NCBI GenBank assembly: GCA_045643205.1 | Contig: JAZUKI010000007.1 | Span: 1-64,000 of the forward strand | Source: Clostridia bacterium | Lineage (GTDB): Bacteria; Bacillota; Clostridia; TANB77; CAG-508 | Reading direction: 5' to 3' | Length of the DNA: 64,000 bases | In this document: positions 21,045 to 30,198 of the stretch, piece after piece | How the letters are laid out: each line of letters starts with the position of its first letter | Position numbering within the stretch: the stretch's first letter is position 1 | Translations under genes and position numbers: made by a program | Notes under the pieces: generated by a model | Seen by the model: only the letters and a program-made list of their open reading frames with translations | Told to the model about the DNA's origin: nothing | The model's database searches: none

Positions 21045-23840
21045 TTATTTTCCTAAAACTTCTCTACAACGTGGGCATAGTCCGTCAGAAATATCTTCAT
21101 CGTATTTCCAACATCTTTCGCATTTTTCCATTTCAGTATGTTTTGCCACTGCTGTAATTTCTTCATCTGTTCCTTTAACTACGTCAAGTTTAGAAATAAT
21201 AATTACATCCTTAATTAAATCTATATTTTCATTTAATAATTTGTAATCATCTCCTGATGCTGTAATTGTAACTTCTGCTTCAAGTGAGTTTCCAATTACT
21301 TTGTCTGCTCTCTTAAGCTCAAGTTCTTTTGCAACTACATCTTTGATTTCAAGAATCTTATTCCATTTTTCAATTAAAGCATTATCATTCCATGCTGCAT
21401 TTACTTTTGGATATGAAGTTAACATTGGGCTTCTAACTTCTTCATCACTTGTATGTTTCATCTTGCTCCAAATTTCTTCTGCTGTAAATGAAGTCATAGG
21501 AGTTAATATTTTAACAAGTGAATCTAAAATATAGTACATTACTGTTTGAGCACTTCTTCTTAATGTTGAATCTGCTTTTTCAGTATATAATCTATCTTTT
21601 ATAATATCTAAATAAATGTTACTCATATCAACTACACAGAATTGATTGATATCATGATAAGCTGTACCAAAATCATATTTTTCATAATCTTCTGTTACAT
21701 CTTTTATTAATTTATTTAATCTTGTTAATGCCCATTTATCTATTTCTTCTAAATCTTTGTAATCTACTGGCTTGTTTGGATCGTAATCAGATGTGTTTCC
21801 TAGTAAGAATCTACATGTATTTCTCCACTTTCTATAAACATCTGAAATTCCTTTTAAAATTCCATCAGATAAGTTAACATCCATTTCATAGTTAGATGAT
21901 AATACCCATAATCTTAAAATATCAGCACCATATTTGTCGCATACATCAATTGGTGAAACACCATTTCCTAAAGATTTTGACATCTTTCTTCCTTGTGCAT
22001 CAACAACCATTCCACAGCATAATACTTCTTTGAATGGAGCTTTTCCATGTGTTGCAACTGATGTTAATAATGATGATTGGAACCATCCTCTATATTGATC
22101 ATTTCCTTCTAGATAAAGATCTGCTGGATAATCTAATCCTCTTTCTACTAAAACTGATTGATGTGTTGAACCAGAATCAAACCAAACATCCATGATGTCT
22201 TTTTCTTTAATGAATTCTGTGCTTCCACATTTAGAACATTTTGCACCTTCTGGCATAAGTTCTTTTGCATCTTTTGCCCACCATGCATTTGTTCCTTCTT
22301 CTCTAACAATTGATTGAATCTTATTAATTGATTCTTCTGTTACATATGGTTCATGACAGTCTGCACAGTAGTATATTGGTAATGGAACTCCCCATGTTCT
22401 TTGACGAGAAATACACCAATCATTTCTACCTTTGATCATGTCTTCCATTCTAGCTTCTCCCCAATCAAGTGGGTGCCATTTAACTTTCTTTGTTTCTTCA
22501 ATTACGTCTGCTCTAAATTTATCAACAGAAGCAAACCATTGATCTGTTGCTCTGAAAATTACAGGATTCTTGCATCTCCAGCAATGTGGATATGAGTGAG
22601 TAATTGGTTCCATAGCTAATAAGAAACCATTTTCTGCAAGCCATTCTGGTATTGCTTTATTTGATTTAGCATAGAATTGTCCACCAAATTCAGGAACATC
22701 TTTTGTTTGGCAACCTTTGTTGTCAATATAAACTTCGATTTCCCATCCTTCGTTTTGACCTAATAAATAGTCTTCTTTACCATAAGCTGGTGCACAGTGT
22801 ACACAACCTGTACCTGTTTCTAGATCAACATTAACTGTTGTTTCTGTACCTAATGCTACTGGTGAAGTTTTTTGCATGAATGGATGTTGGCAAACAGCTC
22901 CTTCAAATTCTTCGCCTTTGAAAGTTTTGATTGTTCTATAATCTTCAATTCCTGCTACTTTCATAACTTTGTCAACAAGTTCTGTAGCAATAATTAATTT
23001 TTCTTCTTTTTTATTTTCTTTCTTTGCATTTTCATCTTCAACTTGAACAACGCTATATTCAAAATCTTTTCCAATAGCAATCCCCATGTTTCCAGGTAAT
23101 GTCCAAGGTGTAGTTGTCCAAATAACAACGAAAGCGTTTTCTATATCAAATAATCCCTTTGAATCTATTAATGGAAATTTAACATAGATTGATGGTGTTG
23201 TAACATCTTTGTATTCGATTTCTGCTTCAGCCAAAGCTGTTTCGCAGTCAGTACACCAATAAACAGGTTTTAATCCTTTATAGATATATCCTTTTTTATA
23301 CATATCTCCGAATACACCGATTTGTCTTGCTTCCATTTTAGGATCATAAGTAACATATGGATGTTCCCAATCTCCTAAAACTCCTAATCTCTTGAATCCA
23401 TTTGTTTGAAGTTCTTTATAATCTGTTGTGAACTTTTTACATGTATCTCTGAATTCTGTTACAGGAATCTTGTCTCTATCTAATCCTAATTTTTCAATTG
23501 CTTTCTTTTCAGTTGGCATTCCGTGTGTATCGTAACCTGGAATAAATGGAGCATAATATCCTTGCATTGCTTTATATCTAACAATTGTATCTTTTAAGAT
23601 TTTGTTTAAAGCATGTCCTGCATGAATTTCTCCGTTTGCATATGGAGGACCATCATGTAAAATGAAATGCTCATGTCCTTCATTCTTTTTTAATACTTCT
23701 TCATATAATCCGTTATCGATTACATCTTTTAAAATATCAGGTTCCTTTTGAGGAAGTCCTCCTCTCATTGGAAAATCTGTATTTGGTAAATTTAATGTTG
23801 AACTATAATCAACTTTTTCTTCTTTATTTTCTTCACTCAT
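21045..23840 (-). CDS. ileS: Isoleucine--tRNA ligase (type 1)
   Basis: LHDGPPYANG..HAGH, DWCISRQR.WG, KMSKSLGN, C-terminal CERCW..LCPRC zinc motif. Confidence 0.97.
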   Translation of the reverse strand: MSEENKEEKVDYSSTLNLPNTDFPMRGGLPQKEPDILKDVIDNGLYEEVLKKNEGHEHFILHDGPPYANGEIHAGHALNKILKDTIVRYKAMQGYYAPFIPGYDTHGMPTEKKAIEKLGLDRDKIPVTEFRDTCKKFTTDYKELQTNGFKRLGVLGDWEHPYVTYDPKMEARQIGVFGDMYKKGYIYKGLKPVYWCTDCETALAEAEIEYKDVTTPSIYVKFPLIDSKGLFDIENAFVVIWTTTPWTLPGNMGIAIGKDFEYSVVQVEDENAKKENKKEEKLIIATELVDKVMKVAGIEDYRTIKTFKGEEFEGAVCQHPFMQKTSPVALGTETTVNVDLETGTGCVHCAPAYGKEDYLLGQNEGWEIEVYIDNKGCQTKDVPEFGGQFYAKSNKAIPEWLAENGFLLAMEPITHSYPHCWRCKNPVIFRATDQWFASVDKFRADVIEETKKVKWHPLDWGEARMEDMIKGRNDWCISRQRTWGVPLPIYYCADCHEPYVTEESINKIQSIVREEGTNAWWAKDAKELMPEGAKCSKCGSTEFIKEKDIMDVWFDSGSTHQSVLVERGLDYPADLYLEGNDQYRGWFQSSLLTSVATHGKAPFKEVLCCGMVVDAQGRKMSKSLGNGVSPIDVCDKYGADILRLWVLSSNYEMDVNLSDGILKGISDVYRKWRNTCRFLLGNTSDYDPNKPVDYKDLEEIDKWALTRLNKLIKDVTEDYEKYDFGTAYHDINQFCVVDMSNIYLDIIKDRLYTEKADSTLRRSAQTVMYYILDSLVKILTPMTSFTAEEIWSKMKHTSDEEVRSPMLTSYPKVNAAWNDNALIEKWNKILEIKDVVAKELELKRADKVIGNSLEAEVTITASGDDYKLLNENIDLIKDVIIISKLDVVKGTDEEITAVAKHTEMEKCERCWKYDEDISDGLCPRCREVLGK

Positions 23841-23870
23841 AATTAATACCTCTCTCTAATTTGTTTAAAA

Positions 23871-25253
23871 CTAAAAATCTAGTTTTGATGAAATATATTG
23901 TTCTACTTCATCTATAGGTATTCGTATTTGTTCCATACTATCTCTGTCTCTTATAGTTACTTGTCCATCTTCTAGAGTATCGAAGTCTATTGTTATACAA
24001 TATGGTGTTCCGATTTCATCTTCTCTTCTATATCTCTTTCCAATTGAACCTGCTTCATCATAATCAACAGGGAAAACTTTTGCTAATTTATCATATACTT
24101 CATTTGCTTTATCACTTAATTTCTTTGATAAAGGTAAAATAGCTGCTTTGAATGGTGCTAATGCTGGATGTAAATGTAAAACAATTCTTGTATCATCTTC
24201 AGCAATTTGTTGTGCTTCGTATGCATTTAATAAGAATGCTAAAGCTAATCTATCAACACCAACTGATGGTTCAACAACATATGGAATAAACTTTTCGTTT
24301 GTTTCAGGATCTTGGTATGACATATCTTCTTTTGAAAATTCTTGATGTCTATTTAAGTCATAATCAGTTCTATCTGCAATTCCCCAAAGTTCTCCCCATC
24401 CAAATGGATAGTTGAATTCAATGTCTGTTGTTCCTTTGCTATAGAATACTAATTCTTCTTTAGCATGTTTTCTTAATCTTATATTTTCTTCTTTCATTCC
24501 TAAATCGAATAAGAAATCTTGGCAATATTTTTCAAAATATTCAAACCATTCTAAATCAGTTCCTGGTTGGCAAAAGAATTCATATTCCATTTGTTCAAAT
24601 TCTCTTGTTCTGAATGTGAAGTTTCCTGGTGTAATTTCATTTCTAAATGCCTTACCTATTTGTCCCATACCAACTGGAATTCTTTTTCTAGATGTTCTCA
24701 TAATATTTTTGAAATTAACAAAAATACCTTGGCATGTTTCTGGTCTTAAATAAACTGTTGATGTATTGTCTTCAGTTACACCCATGAATGTTTTAAACAT
24801 TAAGTTGAATTGTCTAATATCTGTGAAATCATGTTTTCCACAATTAGGACAATCAATTCCATTGTCATCTATAAATTTAACTAATGCTTCGTTGCTCATA
24901 CCATCTGCACACATATCTTTTCCATGTTCAGATGCCCAATTTTCTATTAATTTATCTGCTCTGTGTCTTGTTTTGCACGCTTTACAATCTATTAATGGAT
25001 CAGTAAATGTTGATAAATGTCCTGTTGCTTCCCAAGTTCTTGGGTTCATTATAATTCCAGAATCTAATCCAACACTATCTTTTCTTTCTTGAATAAATCT
25101 TTTTGTCCATGCTTTCTTAATATTGTTTTTTAATTCAACGCCTAAAGGGCCGTAATCCCAACTGTTTGCTAGGCCTCCATAAATTTCTGAACCAGGATAT
25201 ATAAATCCTCTGTTCTTACATAATGATACTATTGTGTCCATATTTTCTACCAT
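23871..25253 (-). CDS. glyQS: Glycine--tRNA ligase (alpha2 type)
   Basis: EIYGG...[38 protein letters not shown]; start set at ATG 25253 behind GGAGG. Confidence 0.95.
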   Translation of the reverse strand: MVENMDTIVSLCKNRGFIYPGSEIYGGLANSWDYGPLGVELKNNIKKAWTKRFIQERKDSVGLDSGIIMNPRTWEATGHLSTFTDPLIDCKACKTRHRADKLIENWASEHGKDMCADGMSNEALVKFIDDNGIDCPNCGKHDFTDIRQFNLMFKTFMGVTEDNTSTVYLRPETCQGIFVNFKNIMRTSRKRIPVGMGQIGKAFRNEITPGNFTFRTREFEQMEYEFFCQPGTDLEWFEYFEKYCQDFLFDLGMKEENIRLRKHAKEELVFYSKGTTDIEFNYPFGWGELWGIADRTDYDLNRHQEFSKEDMSYQDPETNEKFIPYVVEPSVGVDRLALAFLLNAYEAQQIAEDDTRIVLHLHPALAPFKAAILPLSKKLSDKANEVYDKLAKVFPVDYDEAGSIGKRYRREDEIGTPYCITIDFDTLEDGQVTIRDRDSMEQIRIPIDEVEQYISSKLDF

Positions 25254-25556
25254 GTTTTCCTCCAATCGATAAACCCTAGTGGCTCTAGAGCCTCTTAAAA
25301 CATTTTAATGTAATGTTTTTTAGTGTTTAATATAATTATTTTTTGCACATTTTTTATCATGTTTTCTTTATGATTTTTTTCATATTTTTTTATATAATTT
25401 TGTATGCTTTTTTATAAAAATATATGCTTCATCATTTTATCATGAAACACTTGTAAATACAAGCAAAAAAGCATTCTATTTTTAGAAAAAGACATAAAAA
25501 AATAAATCCTAAAAGTTCTAGGATTTATTTTTATTTTTTATATATTTTTATTAAAA

Positions 25557-25994
25557 CTATTTAAGTTCTTTTCTATTATTTTGAATTTCTCTTAATTGAG
25601 CTTCAAGAGTTTCTTGTAAATCTGCTAAAATATTGTCAGCATAAGCTTTAGCTCCATTTGTTATTTGTCTAGAGCTATCATTTGCTTGAGCAATAATTTG
25701 AGTTTTTTGATCATAAGCTTGTCTTGTAATCTCATGTTCATTTATCATAGATATTGTTTTATTCTCAGCTTCATTAACAATATCTTCTGCTTCCTTATGA
25801 GCTTCATTAAGAATTCTTTCTCTTTCTTCTTGAATCCATTTAGCTTGTTTAAGTTCATCAGGCATCTTCAATCTGATTTCCTTAACAATATCTAATACTT
25901 CTTCACTATCAATCATAGTCTTGTCTGAGAAAGGAACTTTTTTACTGTTTTCAATTAAATCTTCTAAAGATTCTAGTAATGAATAAATCTCCAT
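25557..25994 (-). CDS. Conserved coiled-coil protein usually found after rsmD-coaD in Clostridia
   Basis: LEDLIE.SKKVPFS, IR..MPDELKQA.WI..ERERIL, GA..YAD.IL, NR.EL. Confidence 0.8.
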   Translation of the reverse strand: MEIYSLLESLEDLIENSKKVPFSDKTMIDSEEVLDIVKEIRLKMPDELKQAKWIQEERERILNEAHKEAEDIVNEAENKTISMINEHEITRQAYDQKTQIIAQANDSSRQITNGAKAYADNILADLQETLEAQLREIQNNRKELK

Positions 25995-26014
25995 AAAAGT
26001 AAATCTCCTATATT

Positions 26015-26584
26015 TTAAACACCTATAAATATTAAATTTGCTCTTCCGTACTTTCTCTGATCTTTGATTTGTATAGAATCAATTTTACTTAATTCTTCTA
26101 AATCTCTTTCAGCTTCATCTGTTTCTATTACTATTATTCCGTTATCATTCATCATCTTATTATCTAAAATAAATTTAACTGATTTAACAGCAATATCCGC
26201 TTTATAAGGTGGATCTATAAAAACTAATCCTAGTTTTTCTTCTCCGTTCTCAATTTTGTTTAATAATATTTGAAGGCATCTAGAGTAATCTTTATTTATA
26301 ACTTCTGAATTGTTTTCAAAATGAGTTTTTACAATGTTTTGATTAATAACCTTGACTGCATCAGGATTATTATCGCAAAACCATGCATACTTTGCTCCAC
26401 GGCTTAATGTTTCTATTCCTAAAGCTCCACTTCCAGCAAATAAATCTAAAACCACTTTTCCTTTAATATCATTTTGTAAAATATTAAATAATGATTCTTT
26501 TACTCTGTCTAAAGTTGGTCTTGTAGAAGTAGATTCTATAGTATTAAGTTTACTGCCACGCGCAGTTCCGCTAATTACTCTCAT
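26015..26584 (-). CDS. rsmD: 16S rRNA (m2G966) methyltransferase
   Basis: MRVISGTARG, RPT.DRVKESLFN, LDLFAGSGALGIE.LSRGA, DPPY. Confidence 0.95.
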   Translation of the reverse strand: MRVISGTARGSKLNTIESTSTRPTLDRVKESLFNILQNDIKGKVVLDLFAGSGALGIETLSRGAKYAWFCDNNPDAVKVINQNIVKTHFENNSEVINKDYSRCLQILLNKIENGEEKLGLVFIDPPYKADIAVKSVKFILDNKMMNDNGIIVIETDEAERDLEELSKIDSIQIKDQRKYGRANLIFIGV

Positions 26585-26791
26585 AATTTATTTTACCTTT
26601 AATATTCTTCTTGTCAATAACAATTATTAAAATGTAACATCCCTTTAAAACGAATGTAACACACATTTTAACACATTATTCGCTAAAATAAAAGAGATAT
26701 AAGCGTTTTTTCACTCATATCTCTATAATTATTTTTCAAAATTGTAAACTAGAGTTTACTCGAAACATCTAGAAATATTTCAATAAAACTA

Positions 26792-27244
26792 CTAATTATC
26801 TTTATTCATTTCTTTTAATAAATCAAGTTGTGAAAGTAGTAATGATTCCATTTTTGTCTTATAAACTGAAATCTGTCTCTCTAAAGCATCTAAATCTTTT
26901 TGTTTATTAATTTTTTCTTGCTCAATATCAAAAGTAGCTTCTTTTGACTTTGCTAAAGCTTCACTAATCATTTGATCAGCTTGCTTTTGAGCAGCATCTT
27001 TAACCTCTTTTGCAGCAGATTGTGCCATAATAAGAGTGTTTTGTAAAGTGCTTTCAATTTGAACATAATGATCTAATTTTTCTTTAAGATCTTCAATTTC
27101 TTTGTCAGATTCTCTACTTTTTTTATAAAGAACTTCATAATCTCTAGTTAATTCGTCTAAAAAGTCATCAACTTCATCAGGGTCGTAACCATTTAGCTTT
27201 TTCTTCGAAAATCTTTTATTTTCGATATCTAAAGGTGTAATCAT
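26792..27244 (-). CDS. divIVA: DivIVA family cell division protein
   Basis: MITPLDIENKRF....GYDPDEVDDFLD followed by coiled coil. Confidence 0.9.
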   Translation of the reverse strand: MITPLDIENKRFSKKKLNGYDPDEVDDFLDELTRDYEVLYKKSRESDKEIEDLKEKLDHYVQIESTLQNTLIMAQSAAKEVKDAAQKQADQMISEALAKSKEATFDIEQEKINKQKDLDALERQISVYKTKMESLLLSQLDLLKEMNKDN

Positions 27245-27285
27245 TTGAACTCCTTTCGTTGCAATCTTGTCTTATAAAAAGATAA

Positions 27286-27747
27286 TTATTCTCTATTTGC
27301 TTTTTGTGCTTCTCTTACATCACTGTCTAATGAATATGTAGAAGGTACTACAACAAAAATGTTGCTTGATACTTTCTCTAATTGTCCATCTAATACATGT
27401 GCTGCACCACAAACAAAATCAATAATTCTTCTTGCTACATCTTTATTTACATATTCAAGATTAATTACTACTGATTTTCTTTCTCTAATGCAATCGCTTA
27501 TTTCCTCAGCTGATTCAAAGCCTGTTGGATGAATAATACTCATTTTAATAGGATTTGTTGTTGTTGTTCTAGCAGCTGTTTTTCTTGAGAATAAAGCTCT
27601 AACTCCTGTTTCTTCAGGTTCTTCCTCCTCATCATATTCTGGTTCTTCATAATCAACTACATCTACATCTTCTTCATCATAATCTGTATCATTCTTAACT
27701 CCAATGTTATTGATCATTCCCCATAATTTTTCAACTACGTTAGCCAT
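27286..27747 (-). CDS. sepF: Cell division protein SepF
   Basis: P..F..AEEI.D, VVINLE, ARRIIDFV.GA...L.G...KV...IF...P. Confidence 0.92.
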   Translation of the reverse strand: MANVVEKLWGMINNIGVKNDTDYDEEDVDVVDYEEPEYDEEEEPEETGVRALFSRKTAARTTTTNPIKMSIIHPTGFESAEEISDCIRERKSVVINLEYVNKDVARRIIDFVCGAAHVLDGQLEKVSSNIFVVVPSTYSLDSDVREAQKANRE

Positions 27748-27791
27748 CTAAAAATCCTCCTAATTTCTTCATTTGTTATAAAACTAGTTTA

Positions 27792-27820
27792 AGTATAAAA
27801 ATATCTTATTTTAAAGTCAA
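27792..27820 (-). promoter_or_regulatory. sigma-A promoter for sepF-divIVA
   Basis: TTGACT-17 nt-TATACT. Confidence 0.7.
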
Positions 27821-27949
27821 GGCATTTTTTGAGATGTAATCAAACTTTAAATTTTGTGTAATATTTGTGTAATAAACATAGTAATAAGGCTTTCACCAAA
27901 ATAAAAATACAAATATTACCAAAACACTTGGTAATATTTGTATTTTTTA

Positions 27950-29188
27950 CTACTGACCTGCATTTTTTATTTCATCTTCAGTTGGATTTAATATTATTTC
28001 ATCATTTAGTAATAATGATGTTAATGCTTTCTTATCATAATTTAATTCTTTTAGTTCTGAAGCAGAATAATTCTTTACTATACTATATGTATCTGTTTGT
28101 TTTTTTATCTTTACTAATACTTTCTTTAAATGTCCTTGTCTATTTCTAATTACATAGTTTAAATTATTTTCTGTAATTATTCCTGAATTCTTTACTTTGT
28201 ATCCTGTCGAATTCCACCAAATAACATCAAATGATACTTTTCTATAACTTGTAACTTCATCTATATTATCTGAAAATTTAATTGCTATTGTTTTGCTTCC
28301 ATTTTCTTCATCTATTATATTTGCTATTCTTGCATCTATTGTTTTTCCAGTTGGAATTGTTATTTGAATTTTATCTTTTACTTTTGCTTTTTTAGCTTCA
28401 TTACTTGATGAATTCATAATTACATAACATTCAAAATTGTTTACTATTTTTCCTTCTGTTGTACTTGTTGGAATTATTTTTCCAGTATCTAAATTTAATT
28501 TTTCTAAATATTCATTGTTGTAATTTTTTATGTCTGAAATTTTTAATTGATCTTCTAATCCATCAATTCTATATGAAAGAATTCCACTTACTGGTGCTTT
28601 AATATATGTACTATCTGTATCTCTTTGTTTTTCTAGTGCTTTACGTTCTGCTATTAATTTGCTGATTTCTGAATCACTTACTGTTGATGAAGCAACAATC
28701 TCAGCTTTTTTATTTTCTAATATTTTCATATTTGTTTTTAATTCTTTTATGTCTTGTATACTATTATATGATGAGATGTTTTTTAAAGAGTCTAACATTT
28801 GTGAATCTATTAATCTTAAATCGCTATTATAAATTCCTATATCCGAAGTTTCTACAAGTTTTTGAATTTTTTCATCAATCTCGCTTATCTTCATTTTATT
28901 ATCGTTTTCATTTTCTGCATAATATCTAAAAATAGATTCTTTGGCTGCTACTTTTTGTCCCTCGGTAACAATTTGTTGCATGCCATTTTTATTTTTATCT
29001 GAATTTACTATTTGTTCTTCTCTAATATAATAACCTGTTAATGTTTCTGATTGTGAAATTTTTCCGTCTGTTACAATCATTGTTTCTGCTGAAGAATTAA
29101 CAATTCTAATAAACCATGTAATTATTACAATTACAATGGCTGCAGAAGCAATAAAAATTAAAGCGTTTTTAGAATTTTGTTTTTTCAT
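27950..29188 (-). CDS. HlyD-like membrane-fusion/adaptor family protein
   Basis: N-term TM, GYYIREE, EGQKV, IKAPVSGILSY.IDG.E; typical clostridial gene upstream of sepF. Confidence 0.75.
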   Translation of the reverse strand: MKKQNSKNALIFIASAAIVIVIITWFIRIVNSSAETMIVTDGKISQSETLTGYYIREEQIVNSDKNKNGMQQIVTEGQKVAAKESIFRYYAENENDNKMKISEIDEKIQKLVETSDIGIYNSDLRLIDSQMLDSLKNISSYNSIQDIKELKTNMKILENKKAEIVASSTVSDSEISKLIAERKALEKQRDTDSTYIKAPVSGILSYRIDGLEDQLKISDIKNYNNEYLEKLNLDTGKIIPTSTTEGKIVNNFECYVIMNSSSNEAKKAKVKDKIQITIPTGKTIDARIANIIDEENGSKTIAIKFSDNIDEVTSYRKVSFDVIWWNSTGYKVKNSGIITENNLNYVIRNRQGHLKKVLVKIKKQTDTYSIVKNYSASELKELNYDKKALTSLLLNDEIILNPTEDEIKNAGQ

Positions 29189-29259
29189 TTTTCTCCACCA
29201 TTTAGTTAGGTTGTTTTTTATTTTGTAGGTTACTTTTATTTTTTCATTTAGTTAGGTTG

Positions 29260-30180
29260 CTAACTTTCTAATTCTTTAAGAATAATATTTATATTTTCTT
29301 GGTTAAAAGTATCAAGCCATATTGCATCTTTATATTGTCTAAACCATGTTAATTGCCTTTTTGCATAATGGCGACTTTCTTGTTTGATTTTATCAATCAT
29401 TTCTTGTTCAGTTATTTCATTATCAAGATATTCTTTTACTTCTTTATATCCTAATCCTTGCATAGCAGTTGGAAATTCGTTGTATTTTTTTAATAATTGT
29501 TTTACTTCATCAATCAATCCTGCTTTTAGCATCAAGTCTACCCTTAGATTTATTCTTTCATATAATTTTTCTCTTTCTGGAGTTAAAATAAAAATCTTAT
29601 AATCATATTTTGCTTCTTTTCTGGATTCCGCTTCTAATTCTGTTTTTGTTTTTCCAGTTGTATGATAAATTTCTAAAATACGAGTAATTCTTTTTCTATC
29701 ATTTAATGATATTTTAAATGTTGCTTTTGGATCAATCTCTTTTGCTTGATTGTATAAAGTTTCTAAATCAATTTTTTCTAATTCTTCTCTATACTTTATA
29801 TCTGTTATTTCTTCTTTGTATTCTATATTATAGATTAGAGAATTTACATATAAACCTGTGCCACCAACAATAATTGGTAGTTTTCCTCTTGATAATATAT
29901 CTTCTATTTTTTCAGTTGCATCTTTTTTAAAATCTGCAACACTATATCTTTCATCAGGTGAAACAAAATCAACCAAATGATGAATAGCTTGTGCTCTTTC
30001 TTCTCGTGTAGGTTTAGCTGTTCCAATATCCATGTCTTTATATATCTGCATTGAATCACTTGAAATTATTTCGCCATTTGCTTGTTGTGCTACTTTAATT
30101 CCAAGTGATGTTTTTCCTGATGCAGTTGGACCGCATATAACAACTATCTTTGGTTTTTCATTTTTAATATTATCTTCCAA
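29260..30180 (-). CDS. miaA: tRNA dimethylallyltransferase
   Basis: GPTASGKT, DSMQIY..MDIGTAKP, VGGTGLY, YAKRQLTWF; TTG start. Confidence 0.97.
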   Translation of the reverse strand: MEDNIKNEKPKIVVICGPTASGKTSLGIKVAQQANGEIISSDSMQIYKDMDIGTAKPTREERAQAIHHLVDFVSPDERYSVADFKKDATEKIEDILSRGKLPIIVGGTGLYVNSLIYNIEYKEEITDIKYREELEKIDLETLYNQAKEIDPKATFKISLNDRKRITRILEIYHTTGKTKTELEAESRKEAKYDYKIFILTPEREKLYERINLRVDLMLKAGLIDEVKQLLKKYNEFPTAMQGLGYKEVKEYLDNEITEQEMIDKIKQESRHYAKRQLTWFRQYKDAIWLDTFNQENINIILKELES

Positions 30181-30198
30181 AAATAATCTTAGCTCCTT

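Noticed and set aside
25266-25500. Possible T-box upstream of glyQS-ileS
   Set aside because: No GGTGG.ACC T-box motif, stem I or terminator; only A-rich leader and a sigma-A-like promoter
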